This document shows, piece after piece, positions 9,056-18,754 of a DNA stretch of 64,000 nt; positions within the stretch are counted from its first letter, which is position 1, and every line of letters begins with the position of its first letter. The notes beneath the pieces were generated by a model. It saw nothing but the letters and a program-made list of their open reading frames with translations, was not told the DNA's origin and made no database searches. The stretch spans positions 648,314 to 712,313 of the forward strand of contig CAWDRG010000009.1 of assembly GCA_963804645.1 (NCBI GenBank). The letters run 5' to 3'. The position numbers were made by a program, and so were the translations under genes. Source of the DNA: an uncultured Bacillota bacterium (GTDB lineage Bacteria > Sysuimicrobiota > Sysuimicrobiia > Sysuimicrobiales > Segetimicrobiaceae).

Positions 9056-10222
9056 ATGCACACGCTGCTCACGGTCAACAACGCGCTGTCGGCGGCGTCA
9101 TCGGCCGCGATGGCGATCGTGACCCCGTTCGTGCCGCTCGACATCGCCGCCCAGGGCGGATCCGACATCGTGATCGGGATGGCGGTCGGCGCCGCCGGCC
9201 TGCTGCCGCTCCTGCTGTCGGTCCACGTGGGCGCGCTGGTGGACGAGCGCGGCGTCGTCTTCGTGTCGAAGGCGGCGGTCGTGATCTATGTCGTCGCCGG
9301 CGTGCTCCTGGTCGCCGGGCACAGCATCCCCGCGGTCACGGTGGCGTACGCGCTCATGGGGGTCGGCAGCATCGCGATGGTCGTCGCCACCCAGACCGTG
9401 ATCGCCGCCGTCAGCGATCCATCCTCGCGCATCCGAAACTTCGGCTACTATTCGGTGTGGAGCGCGGCCGGGTCGATCATTGGGCCGGTCGGCGGCGGCT
9501 TCGTCGCCCAGCAGTGGGGGTTTCAGGCGGCGTTCGCGCTGGTGCTGGTCTGCATGGTGCCGGCCTATCCGCTCGCGGCGCTGATGCGGTCGGCGCCCAA
9601 GGCGCCGCGGCACACGGTGTCGCTCGCGACGGCGCACACGCACACGGGCACCGTGTGGCGGCAGGCCGGGGTGCCCGCGATCCTGATCATCTGCTTCATC
9701 GTCGTGTGCGGCCAAACGCTGAAGCAGTCGTTCTTCTCGATCTATCTGCAGAAGGTCGGGCTCTCGGCGACCCTGATCGGGCTCGCCTACGCCGCGGACA
9801 GCCTGTGTCAGGTGGTGGTGCGCCCGGCGCTCGGCCCGAACGTGGTGCGGTTCGGCTACGGGACGCTGCTCGTGGCCGCCACCGCGATGTCGGCGGTCGC
9901 GCTCGGGGTGACGCCGCTCCTGCACACGTTCTGGCCGCTCGTGCTCGCGTCCGGGCTGATGGGAGTGAGCACGGGCGTGACCCAACCGGCGACGATGAGC
10001 ATGATGGCCGAGGCGGTCGGCGCGGAGTTCTGGGGGCTCGCGATGGGCATCCGCCAGGTCGCGCAGCGCTCGGCGTCCGTGCTGAGCCCGATCGTGTTCG
10101 GGGTGATCATCAATGTGTCGGGCATCGAGGCCGCGTTTTACGTCGGCGCCGCGGTGCTGGCGGGCAGCGTACCGATCGTCGGCAGCCTGACGCGGCAGTT
10201 TGGGGCTGAGCGGAGGGACTAG
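9056..10222 (+). CDS. MFS transporter
   Basis: About 12 predicted TM helices with G/A/V-rich hydrophobic segments. The track ORF begins at 8987; the internal Met at 9056 is preferred. The N-terminal extension is Pro-rich. Confidence 0.75.
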   Translation: MHTLLTVNNALSAASSAAMAIVTPFVPLDIAAQGGSDIVIGMAVGAAGLLPLLLSVHVGALVDERGVVFVSKAAVVIYVVAGVLLVAGHSIPAVTVAYALMGVGSIAMVVATQTVIAAVSDPSSRIRNFGYYSVWSAAGSIIGPVGGGFVAQQWGFQAAFALVLVCMVPAYPLAALMRSAPKAPRHTVSLATAHTHTGTVWRQAGVPAILIICFIVVCGQTLKQSFFSIYLQKVGLSATLIGLAYAADSLCQVVVRPALGPNVVRFGYGTLLVAATAMSAVALGVTPLLHTFWPLVLASGLMGVSTGVTQPATMSMMAEAVGAEFWGLAMGIRQVAQRSASVLSPIVFGVIINVSGIEAAFYVGAAVLAGSVPIVGSLTRQFGAERRD

Positions 10223-10273
10223 TTCTTGCCCGGCCGGTCGCGCGGCAGACAGGCCGGGGCGCCCACTGACTCG

Positions 10274-10318
10274 CGCGCCGCCAACACGCCCGGCGTCACA
10301 TAGGCGTGTTGGCGGCGG
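10274..10318. terminator. bidirectional stem-loop terminator between convergent genes
   Basis: Perfect 15-bp inverted repeat CGCCGCCAACACGCC ... GGCGTGTTGGCGGCG with a 13-nt loop. It lies between the MFS gene end (10222) and the minus-strand small ORF end (10328). Confidence 0.5.
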
Positions 10319-10327
10319 AGATTCCTG

Positions 10328-10486
10328 TCAGCGCGCGGCTTTGCGTACGGTCCGCGTGGCCTTTCGCGCCGTGCGACGCACCTTGCGTGTGGTCACCCGT
10401 GCGACCTTGCGTCCGGTGCGGCGTACAACGCGCTTGACTTTGCGGGCAGTGCGGCGAACCGTTCGGCTCGGTGAGGTATCGGTCAT
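10328..10486 (-). CDS. small arginine-rich heptad-repeat protein (52 aa), hypothetical
   Basis: Minus-strand ATG at 10486 preceded by AAGGAGA at 6-nt spacing. Translation: MTDTSPSRTVRRTARKVKRVVRRTGRKVARVTTRKVRRTARKATRTVRKAAR, 24 of 52 residues R/K, five xRxxRKV/A-like repeats. Below the track size cut-off. The overlapping MKH frame has a poorly spaced RBS and was not preferred. Confidence 0.4.
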   Translation of the reverse strand: MTDTSPSRTVRRTARKVKRVVRRTGRKVARVTTRKVRRTARKATRTVRKAAR

Positions 10487-10653
10487 GTTTCATCTCCTTT
10501 TTACGCGAAGTGTGGTTCGTAGTTCCCTTCTTCGGCCGCGCAAGAATTCCTGCGTGCGCGCACGGCGTTGTCCGCGCCGCCGCGCACACAGGGGCCGGCC
10601 GCGCTCCCGCAGAACGCTACAGCAAGGTCGCGGTTTCCCAGGGGTGGGCTTAG

Positions 10654-11835
10654 ATGGATGATCTGAACGCGCTGAAGCGCAGGGTGCGCGGCACCGTGGA
10701 CGAGATGCGGGACGTATTGGTCTCGCTCAGCCGGCGGATCCACGAGACGCCCGAGCTCGGGATGCAGGAGCGCCAGGCGGCGCAGTGGCTGACCGCGATG
10801 TTGCGCGACGCCGGGTTCGAGGTCACGCAGCCGATCGCGGGCATGGAGACGGCGTTCCGGGCCGACGTGCCCGGGTCGGCGTCGCGGCCGCACGTCGCGC
10901 TGCTCGCGGAGTACGACGCGCTGGCCGGGGTCGGGCACGCGTGCGGGCACAACCTGATCTGCATGGCGAGCGTCGGCGCCGCGGTCGCGCTCCACCGCGC
11001 GATTCCGCGGCTGCCCGGCACGCTGACCGTGCTTGGGACGCCCGCCGAGGAGACCGCGGGCGGCAAGGTGCCGATGGTCGAGCAGGGCGTGTTCGACGGC
11101 GTCGACGCCGCGATGATGTTCCATCCGTCGAAGTCCAACTGGTGGGTGCGCGGCGCGTTGGCCGCGCAGGGGCTCACGATCACGTTCCACGGGCGGTCGT
11201 CCCACGCCGCCGCGGCGCCGGAGAAGGGCATCAACGCGCTCAACGCGCTGCTCCTGACGTACCACGCGATCGACTCGCTGCGGCAGCACGTCACGAGCGA
11301 CGTGCGCATCCACGGGGTCATCACGCACGGCGGCGACGCGGCCAACGTGGTGCCGGCGCTCGCGGTCGGGGAGTTTCTCGTGCGCGCGAACACCCAGGCG
11401 GCGCTCGTCGGCGTCATGGCCCAGGTCCAGCGCTGCGCGGAGGGCGCGGCGGTCGCGACCGGCGCGCGCGTCGAGATGAAGACGGGCGCCGTCTACGCCG
11501 AGCGCAACAACAACCGCACGCTCGCCGGACTGTTCGGCGACAACATGCGCGAGGTCGGCGTCGAGGGTGAGGAGCCGGCCGCGTCCGGCGGCGTCGGGTC
11601 GTCCGACATCGGCAACGTCAGCCTCGTGGTACCGACGATTCACCCGTACGTGAAGATCACCGACGACGCGGCCGGGCACACGCCCGAGTTTCGCGAGGCG
11701 TCGGCGTCCGAGCGCGGCTACACCGCGATGCTGAACGCCGCGAAGGGCCTCGCCACGACGGCGCTCGACGTCATGTACCGCCCCGGGGCCGTGGACGAGC
11801 TGTGGGCGGAGTTCCACGCGAGCCAGCGGCGCTGA
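10654..11835 (+). CDS. M20D-family amidohydrolase/peptidase (AbgB / hippurate-hydrolase-like) paralog 1
   Basis: 393 aa. The HACGHN metal-binding motif, GTPAEE, and the dimerisation-domain region are conserved. About 70% identical to the paralog at 24179..25369. Confidence 0.85.
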   Translation: MDDLNALKRRVRGTVDEMRDVLVSLSRRIHETPELGMQERQAAQWLTAMLRDAGFEVTQPIAGMETAFRADVPGSASRPHVALLAEYDALAGVGHACGHNLICMASVGAAVALHRAIPRLPGTLTVLGTPAEETAGGKVPMVEQGVFDGVDAAMMFHPSKSNWWVRGALAAQGLTITFHGRSSHAAAAPEKGINALNALLLTYHAIDSLRQHVTSDVRIHGVITHGGDAANVVPALAVGEFLVRANTQAALVGVMAQVQRCAEGAAVATGARVEMKTGAVYAERNNNRTLAGLFGDNMREVGVEGEEPAASGGVGSSDIGNVSLVVPTIHPYVKITDDAAGHTPEFREASASERGYTAMLNAAKGLATTALDVMYRPGAVDELWAEFHASQRR

Positions 11836-11901
11836 TGTCCCCCGCGCCCGGGACCACGCTCGGATCGACGCTCGCCCGACGCTAGGACAGGAGGAGCCCC
11901 A

Positions 11902-13050
11902 GTGCCGACGGATCCCCGTGACGCAGCACGCTCCGCGCCGGTCGCGGCGCCGGAGCGTGCGGAGGCGCCGCCGTCGCGGCCGCGCCTCTACCAGCCGATG
12001 GTCCTCCGCGGCGTGACGCTGCGGAATCGCATCGTTGTGTCCCCGATGTGCCAGTACTCGTGCGAGGCGCACGACGGCATGGCGACCCCCTGGCACCTGG
12101 TCCATCTCGGCACCCGGGCGGTCGGCGGCGCGGGACTCGTCTTCTCCGAGGCCTCCGCGGTGGCGCCCGAGGGCCGCATCGCACCCGAGGATCTCGGGAT
12201 CTGGTCCGACGCGCACGGCGACGCGCTCGCGCCGATCGCGGCGTTCGTCCGGGCGCAGGGTGCTGCGGTGGGCATCCAGCTGGCCCATGCGGGGCGCAAG
12301 GCCAGCACCGCGCGCCCGTGGGAGGGCGGGAAGGCCGTCCCGGACGACCGCGGCGGCTGGACCCCGATCGCACCGAGCGCGGTCCCCTTCAGTGACACGT
12401 ACCGCGTACCGCATGAGATGACCGAGCGCGACATCGCCGACGCGGTCCGGGCGTTCGCGGCGGCGGCGGCGCGGGCGCGCCGCGCGGGCTTCGACGTGGT
12501 CGAGCTGCACGCGGCTCACGGGTACTTGTTCCACGAGTTCCTGTCGCCGCTCTCGAACCGGCGGACCGACCGCTACGGCGGCGGCTTCGAGAACCGCGCG
12601 CGGTTTCTGCTCGAGGCCGTGGACGCGGTGCGCGCGGCGTGGCCGGACGACCGGCCGCTGTTCGTGCGCCTCTCCGCGACCGACTGGGTCCCCGACGGTT
12701 GGGACGCGGAGCAGAGCGTCGCGCTGGCACGGACGCTCGCTGCGCACGGCGTGGATGTGGTCGACGTCTCGAGCGGCGGCACGTCGCCGGCCCAGCAGGT
12801 CCCGCTCGGGCCCGGGTATCAGGTGCCGTTCGCCGAGCGGATCCGGCGCGAGGCGGGCGTCCCGACGATGGCGGTGGGATTGATCACGTCGGCCGAGCAG
12901 GGGGAAGAGATCCTCGCCCGGGGCCAGGCCGACCTGATCGCGATGGCGAGAGAGCTGCTGCGTAATCCCTACTTCCCGCTGCACGGGGCCCAGGCACTCG
13001 GCAGCCCCGACGCCGCGCCGTGGCCGCCGCAGTACGTGCGCGCGAAATGA
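11902..13050 (+). CDS. NADH:flavin oxidoreductase, Old Yellow Enzyme family (YqjM/NamA-type)
   Basis: GTG start with GAGGAG upstream. LRNRIVVSPMCQYSC... and HAAHGYLFHEFLSPLSNRRTDRYGG are hallmark Old-Yellow-Enzyme TIM-barrel motifs. Confidence 0.85.
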   Translation: MPTDPRDAARSAPVAAPERAEAPPSRPRLYQPMVLRGVTLRNRIVVSPMCQYSCEAHDGMATPWHLVHLGTRAVGGAGLVFSEASAVAPEGRIAPEDLGIWSDAHGDALAPIAAFVRAQGAAVGIQLAHAGRKASTARPWEGGKAVPDDRGGWTPIAPSAVPFSDTYRVPHEMTERDIADAVRAFAAAAARARRAGFDVVELHAAHGYLFHEFLSPLSNRRTDRYGGGFENRARFLLEAVDAVRAAWPDDRPLFVRLSATDWVPDGWDAEQSVALARTLAAHGVDVVDVSSGGTSPAQQVPLGPGYQVPFAERIRREAGVPTMAVGLITSAEQGEEILARGQADLIAMARELLRNPYFPLHGAQALGSPDAAPWPPQYVRAK

Positions 13051-13135
13051 CCGCCGTGCCGGCGGATCAGATCGCGAACATCTCCGGCGTCGCGGCGCTC
13101 GTGCGGCGCGCGATCGGGCCGGCGTAGCACGAGCC

Positions 13136-14095
13136 ATGCCGACGACGGCGACCAGCCTGGACGATATCCGCGCCGCGCGGGAGGTCATCCGGGGGCGGCT
13201 GCACCGCACCCCGATGCTGACCTCGCGCATCCTCGGCGAGCGCGCGGGCGTGCAACTTTTCCTCAAGGCGGAGAATCTTCAGAAGACTGGGGCGTTCAAG
13301 GTGCGCGGCGTCCTGAACAAGCTCCACCACCTGTCGGACGAGGAGAAGCGGCGCGGCCTGATCACGATTTCCGCGGGCAACCACGGCCAGGCGCTGGCCT
13401 ACGCCGCGGGCGTCGAAGGCCTGCGCGCCACGATCGTGATGCCGGGGAACGCGCGGGCGACGAAAGTTGCGGCGTGCAAGACGTACGGCGCGGAAGTGAT
13501 CGTCGGCGGGACCGTGCACGAGGCGTTCGAGACGGTCGAGGAACTCCGGCGGACGCGCGCGCTCACCCTCGTCCACCCGTACAACGATCCATTCGTCATC
13601 GCGGGCCAGGGCACCGTCGGCCTTGAGATCCTGGAGGACGTGCCCGACGTCGACGTCGTCTACGTCGGGATCGGCGGCGGCGGGCTGATCTCGGGGGTCG
13701 CGGCCGCGATCAAGCTGAGCCGCCCCGGCGCGCGGGTGATCGGGGTCGAACCCGAGGGCGCGCCCACGCTCACCGCGGCGCTCCGGGAGCACGCGCCGGT
13801 GCGGCTCGAGACCGTGCACACGATCGCGGACGGCCTGAGCGCTCCCATCGCGGGCGAGCTGACGCTCGCGGCGGTCGAACGGTTCGTCGACGAGGTCGTG
13901 CTGGTGTCCGACGCCGAGATCGCCGAGGCGATGACGCTGCTGCTGCAGTACGCGAAGCTCCTCGTCGAACCGGCCGGGGCCGCGGGGCTCGCCGCGCTGC
14001 TCGCCGGCCGGGGCGCGCCGCCCCGAGGGGGCCGCGCCGTCGCCCTGCTGAGCGGCGGCAACGTCGACCTCAGCCTCCTCAAGGACCTGCTCTGA
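13136..14095 (+). CDS. threonine/serine dehydratase (PLP fold-type II)
   Basis: The PLP-lysine context FLKAENLQKTGAFKVRGV and the glycine loop GIGGGGLISG are conserved. 319 aa, catabolic-type length with no ACT domains. Confidence 0.8.
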   Translation: MPTTATSLDDIRAAREVIRGRLHRTPMLTSRILGERAGVQLFLKAENLQKTGAFKVRGVLNKLHHLSDEEKRRGLITISAGNHGQALAYAAGVEGLRATIVMPGNARATKVAACKTYGAEVIVGGTVHEAFETVEELRRTRALTLVHPYNDPFVIAGQGTVGLEILEDVPDVDVVYVGIGGGGLISGVAAAIKLSRPGARVIGVEPEGAPTLTAALREHAPVRLETVHTIADGLSAPIAGELTLAAVERFVDEVVLVSDAEIAEAMTLLLQYAKLLVEPAGAAGLAALLAGRGAPPRGGRAVALLSGGNVDLSLLKDLL

Positions 14096-14114
14096 GCGGG
14101 CGCACGCGCCGCTG

Positions 14115-15302
14115 ATGAAGATCACCCGCGTCGACTGCCACGTGCTGCTCGATCCTGGGATGGACACGGGCGCGACCAGTTCGGCGCAGGACGACCTCGT
14201 CGTGGAGATCCACACCGACGAGGGTCTCACCGGCCTCGGCGAGACCGACTGCAATCCCTGGATCGCCCGCGCGTGCATCGAGGCGCCGGGCACGCACACG
14301 ATGGGGCTCGGGCTCACCGAGATGCTGGTCGGCGCGGACCCGCTCGCGGTCGAGGCCCTGTGGGAGCGGCTGTACGTGGGCTCGGCGATGAACGGCCGCC
14401 GGGGGGCGCTGATCCACGCGCTCGGCGCGATCGACATCGCGCTGCACGACCTTCGCGGCAAGGCGCTCGGGAAGCCGTGCTGGGAGCTGCTCGGGCCGGC
14501 GCGGGCCGACCCGATCGTGCCGTACGCCTCGCTGCAGCCCGACGTCTCGGGGTTCGACGCGTACGTCGCCGCGGTGGTCGACTGGGCGCGCGACGCGCAG
14601 CGCCGCGGTTTCACCGCGGCGAAGCTGGAGATCACTCCGGCGGGCCCGTACGCGCACAAGGGACTCCGCGCGCCGTACGCACGGATGCGGGAGCCGCTCG
14701 CCGCGGTGCGAGAGGCGGTCGGGCCGGCGTTCACGCTCATGGTCGACGTGCAGTACGCGTTTCCGGACGCCGACACGTGCCTCCGGACGATCCGCGGCTG
14801 GGAGGAGTACGATGTGCGGTTCCTGGAGACTCCGCTGCCGTCCGACGACCTGGACGGGTATGCGCGGGTGAGCCGCGAGCAGCCGATCCCGATCGCCGCC
14901 GGGGAGTGGCTCGCGACCCGGTTCGAGTTTCTCGAGCTGATGGACCGGGGACGGATCGGGGTCGTCCAGCCGGACGTCGGCCGGGTCGGCGGGCTCACCG
15001 AGGCCCGCCGGGTGTGCACCCTCGCCGGGCAGCGCGGTCTCCCGATCGTGCCGCACGCGTGGAAGACCGGGATCTCCATCGCCGCGGCCGCGCACCTGGC
15101 GCGGGCGACGCCGCACTGCGCCTTCATCGAGTTCCTCCCGGCGGAGCTGTGCGAGTCTGCGCTGCGCCGGGATCTCGTGCGGCGGGGCCCGGAGATGGTG
15201 GACGGCGCCGTCCGGCTGCCGGACGCGCCGGGCCTTGGTGTGGAGCTGAACCGGGACGCGCTCGAACAATTCAAGGAGGCGGCCGCACGGCGCGGCCGCT
15301 AG
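14115..15302 (+). CDS. enolase-superfamily enzyme, mandelate racemase / muconate-lactonizing-enzyme family
   Basis: Capping domain followed by a TIM barrel with metal-ligand spacing typical of this family (KLEI, MVDVQYAF, EEYDVRFLETPL). Confidence 0.8.
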   Translation: MKITRVDCHVLLDPGMDTGATSSAQDDLVVEIHTDEGLTGLGETDCNPWIARACIEAPGTHTMGLGLTEMLVGADPLAVEALWERLYVGSAMNGRRGALIHALGAIDIALHDLRGKALGKPCWELLGPARADPIVPYASLQPDVSGFDAYVAAVVDWARDAQRRGFTAAKLEITPAGPYAHKGLRAPYARMREPLAAVREAVGPAFTLMVDVQYAFPDADTCLRTIRGWEEYDVRFLETPLPSDDLDGYARVSREQPIPIAAGEWLATRFEFLELMDRGRIGVVQPDVGRVGGLTEARRVCTLAGQRGLPIVPHAWKTGISIAAAAHLARATPHCAFIEFLPAELCESALRRDLVRRGPEMVDGAVRLPDAPGLGVELNRDALEQFKEAAARRGR

Positions 15303-15342
15303 TCGGAACGCCCGCACCCCGTGCGGGGAGAGAGGAGACGGC

Positions 15343-17343
15343 ATGGACGTCACGCGCACCAAGGCGAAGCCCGCCACGCGGGCGATCACGATCGAGGATC
15401 TCATGGAGTTCCGGATTCCCAACGATCCCCAGATCTCGCCGGACGGGTCCCTCGTGGTCTGTCCGGTGACGGCCGTCGACGCGCCGTCCAACGGGTACCG
15501 GACGCACCTGTGGATCGTGCCGATCGACGGCGCGCCGTGGCAGCTCACGGCGGCGGCGGCGCGCGACGTCAGCCCCCGCTGGTCTCCGGACGGCACGCGC
15601 GTGGCGTTCGTCTCCGACCGCGGCGGCAGCAAGCAGCTGTGGGTGATCGCGGCCACGGGGGGCGAAGCGCGCGCGCTCACGTCCGGGAAGCTGGCCCCGG
15701 GAGAGCCCGTCTGGTCTCCCGACAGCCGGTGGATCGCGTTCGTCGGCAAGCCCGAGCCGGAGGCCGGGCAGGAAGAGAGCGACGTGCGCGTGATCTCGCG
15801 GCTGCGCTACAAGCAGGACGGCGAGGGCTTCTGGGACGGCCGATGGAAGCAGCTGTTCGTCGTGGCCGCGGACGACGGCGCGCCGCGGCAGGTGACGCGG
15901 GGCGAGCACGATCACATCGCCCCGGCGTGGTCGCCGGACGGGCGGTCGCTGGCCTACGCCGGAAACCCCGCACCCGACGCGGATCTGAGCGGCGTGAGCG
16001 ACGTGTGGGTCGTGCCGGTCGACGGCGGGAAGCCGGCGCGGCGGCTGACGGAAGGCGTCGGGCCGGTGCAGCAGCCGGCCTGGTCGCCGGACGGGTCCCG
16101 GATCGCGTACCTCGGGCACGACAACGAGTACTGGGGGGCGACGCACCTGCGGGTGTGGGTCGTGCCAGCGGCGGGCGGGGCGCCAGAGTGCCTCACGCGG
16201 GGATACGAGCGCAGCATCGGACATCATTTGAGCGGCGACGTCCGTCCGATGCCGTCGTCCGGGGGACTCACGTGGGCGCCCGGCGGCGGCCGGATCTACT
16301 TCCTGGTGACGGACGGCGGAAACACCCAGGTGGCGTCCGTCTCGACGGGAAGCGGCGAGGTGCGCCTCGAGACGCGGGGCGACCACGAGCTAGTGGGATG
16401 CTCGCTGGATCGCGCGGCGCGCCGCGTCGCCTGCGTGGAGAGTGATCCGGTGTCGCCGGGTGAGGTGGCGGTCGCCGACCTCGACGGGGCCGAGTCGGGC
16501 GCCGTCCGGCGCCTCACGCGGTGGAACGCGGCGCTCGTCGACGGCCTCGCCCTCAGCCGGCCCGAGCGGTTCGAGTGCCGCGGCGCCGACGGGTGGCCGA
16601 TCGAAGGGTGGGTAATGAAGCCCGCGGGGATCGGGCCCGGCGTGCGCGTGCCCGCGGTGCTCGAGATTCACGGCGGACCGCACAGCACCTACGGCAACGG
16701 ATTCATGCACCAGTTTCAGCTGCTGTGCGCTGCCGGCTACGGCGTGATCTACTCGAACCCCCGCGGCAGCCACGGCTACACGCAGGCGTTTACCGCGGCG
16801 ACTCACCACGATTGGGGCGGCAAGGACTACGAGGATCTCATACTGGCGCTGGATCACGCGCTCGGCGCGCACGCCTGGATCGACCCCGATCGGCTCGGCG
16901 TCGCCGGCGGCAGCTATGGGGGCTACATGGTCAATTGGATGATCGGCCACACCCAGCGGTTTCGGGCCGCGGTGGCGCTCCGCAGCACCTGCGACCGCTA
17001 CAGTCAGTGGGGCACGTCCGACATGGGCATGGAGAACGGACGCTGGGAGTTTCCGGGCGACCCCTGGACCGCGGAGGGCTTTTACCGGGAGCGGTCGCCG
17101 CTCACGTACGTGGCGCAGATGCGGACGCCGCTGCTCTTGACGCACGGCGAGAATGATCTGCGCTGCCCGATCTCCCAGTCGGAGCAGCTCTTCGTTGCGC
17201 TGGTCAAGCAGGGCACGCCGACCGTGTTCGTGCGGTTTCCCGGCGAGAGCCACAACATGTCGAGCGCGGGAAAGCCCAAGCACCGCATCGAGCAGCTCAA
17301 GCACATCCTGGGGTGGTTCCGGAAATATCTGGTCGGCGGGTAG
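15343..17343 (+). CDS. S9-family serine peptidase (prolyl oligopeptidase / acylaminoacyl-peptidase type) with N-terminal beta-propeller
   Basis: Repeated SPDGS/WSPDG propeller blades in the N-terminal half. C-terminal alpha/beta-hydrolase domain with the nucleophile elbow GGSYGG, HGENDLRCP and ESHN. Confidence 0.85.
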   Translation: MDVTRTKAKPATRAITIEDLMEFRIPNDPQISPDGSLVVCPVTAVDAPSNGYRTHLWIVPIDGAPWQLTAAAARDVSPRWSPDGTRVAFVSDRGGSKQLWVIAATGGEARALTSGKLAPGEPVWSPDSRWIAFVGKPEPEAGQEESDVRVISRLRYKQDGEGFWDGRWKQLFVVAADDGAPRQVTRGEHDHIAPAWSPDGRSLAYAGNPAPDADLSGVSDVWVVPVDGGKPARRLTEGVGPVQQPAWSPDGSRIAYLGHDNEYWGATHLRVWVVPAAGGAPECLTRGYERSIGHHLSGDVRPMPSSGGLTWAPGGGRIYFLVTDGGNTQVASVSTGSGEVRLETRGDHELVGCSLDRAARRVACVESDPVSPGEVAVADLDGAESGAVRRLTRWNAALVDGLALSRPERFECRGADGWPIEGWVMKPAGIGPGVRVPAVLEIHGGPHSTYGNGFMHQFQLLCAAGYGVIYSNPRGSHGYTQAFTAATHHDWGGKDYEDLILALDHALGAHAWIDPDRLGVAGGSYGGYMVNWMIGHTQRFRAAVALRSTCDRYSQWGTSDMGMENGRWEFPGDPWTAEGFYRERSPLTYVAQMRTPLLLTHGENDLRCPISQSEQLFVALVKQGTPTVFVRFPGESHNMSSAGKPKHRIEQLKHILGWFRKYLVGG

Positions 17344-17379
17344 AGGCGCACGGGCCGGACGCGCGCCCGCGCCGGCGGG

Positions 17380-17922
17380 TCAGGGCTGTGCGTGCCGCGC
17401 GTACTGCCAGAGCGCCCGGTCGAGCGTCCGCATCGTGATGCCGCACCGCGACGCGGTGCCGCGGCACCACAGCGTGTAGCGCCGCCAGAACTCGAACTCG
17501 TACGTGGAGGGCGGCGACGCGATCCCGGCGGACCAGAGCGCCCGCACGTCCAGGATCGGGTACGGCTGCCGGTGGGTCCAGTGGAGGATCGCCGAGGCGA
17601 TCGGCCAGCCGACGCCCTGCAGCAGCGTGAGGACGGTGATGCGCAGCCGCTCGTTCGGCGTCGACAGCGCGGTCGCGGAGATGGCCCGGATGTCGGCGGC
17701 CTCGTTGCGCGCGCAGAGCGGCTGCGACCGCGGCGTCTTCCACCGCGCCAGCGCGAGGAACTCGGCTTTGGTCAGCCATCCACGCGCGCGCGCGCGGGCC
17801 GCGACGCCGGCTTCGAGCAGGGCGTCCTGCGACGCGTCGAACCGTGCGGCCCACCGCGGGATGTCGCGCGCCGGGAAGCGCAGGGCAAACTCCCACGGGA
17901 CGGCGCGGGTCACGCGACTCAA
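17380..17922 (-). CDS. hypothetical protein with helix-hairpin-helix-like motif
   Basis: 180 aa. LLQGVGWPIASAILHW resembles an HhH (LPGVG..TA..IL) element. No confident family assignment. Last gene of a three-gene minus-strand unit. Confidence 0.45.
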   Translation of the reverse strand: MSRVTRAVPWEFALRFPARDIPRWAARFDASQDALLEAGVAARARARGWLTKAEFLALARWKTPRSQPLCARNEAADIRAISATALSTPNERLRITVLTLLQGVGWPIASAILHWTHRQPYPILDVRALWSAGIASPPSTYEFEFWRRYTLWCRGTASRCGITMRTLDRALWQYARHAQP

Positions 17923-17961
17923 CCGCCTTTGTTCAGCGGTGGGGGGCGATCAGGCCGGCGG

Positions 17962-18754
17962 TCACCCGCGCCCCGCCTGATCGGCCGGGCGCTCCCGCCG
18001 CGGGCGCCGCATGAGCCCCGTGAGGAACCCCGCCGCGACCGCGAGGGTCTGCCGGCGCGCCTGCACCTCGTCCCGCGCGTTGCGCCAGCGCCGGCCGAGC
18101 TCCGTCAGGTCCGCGTCGATCGCCGCCCGCAGTTCCGTCAGATGTTTTTGAGGATCTCGTTGCGCAGCCATTGGATGTCGCTCCTCACCTGGGCGGCGAC
18201 GGCGTGCAAGCGCCGCAGCGTGAACCCGCGTATGCCGATCGCGACCAGCACGGCGATGATGACGAGCGTCCCCGCGAACGTGATCAGGGCGGCGAGCCAC
18301 GGCGGCAGCGTGAGCGCCAGCAGCAGCACCACGGTGAGAAGGATGAGTCCGACCGCGTACACGCCGATGACCGCGGCGAGCCCGATGCACACGAGTCCGC
18401 GGACGATCCCGCGCACCGTCGCGCGCGCCTCGTCCTGGGCGAGGTCGCGTAGGCCCGCGCCATCGCCGCGACGTTCGCCACAAGCCGCTGAATGATTGCC
18501 GCGGCCGACTCGTCGCGCGTCGGCGCGTCTGTGCCGCCGCGTGACGATCCGGTCGGCAGATCGCTGGCCATGCGCGTCACTCCCTCGCTCGGGTGCTGCC
18601 CGGATCTCGTTCCGGGGGTTGTTCGCCGCCCCGGCGCGGATGTCCCGCACCCCGCGCCGCGGGCCCGGCGCCGCCGGCGGCGCGCTATCGCGCTTTGGTG
18701 ATCAGGGCGACGTAGAGCGGTCCGCGCGGCGGCAGAAACCGGGTCGCGGTCCAT
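17962..18754 (-). pseudogene. holin-X-like (actinobacterial holin family III-type) small membrane protein, apparently frameshifted
   Basis: Three minus-strand frames each carry part of a coherent protein: MASDLPTGSS...IIQRLVANVAAMARAY, then ...LRDLAQDEARATVRGIVRGLVCIGLAAVIGVYAVGLILLTVVLLLALTLPPWLAALITFAGTLVIIAVLVAIG (two TM helices), then MAAQRDPQKHLTELRAAIDADLTELGRR.... A small two-TM protein with at least one frameshift near 18440 and 18170. Confidence 0.35.

Noticed and set aside
10330-10470. Possible CRISPR-like or tandem-repeat array in the 10.3-10.5 kb region
   Set aside because: The repeats are imperfect, contiguous 21-24-nt units without unique spacers, and no cas genes are present. 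The periodicity is a multiple of 3 and matches a coding repeat. It is not a CRISPR array.
10296-10589. 97-aa minus-strand ORF (MKHDRYLTEPNGSPHCPQ... frame) overlapping the small basic ORF
   Set aside because: Its only plausible start (ATG at 10493) is 1 nt from the Shine-Dalgarno sequence. The product is low-complexity without repeats matching the DNA periodicity. The alternative frame starting at 10486 has correct RBS spacing and a regular heptad structure, so it was preferred, though still at low confidence.
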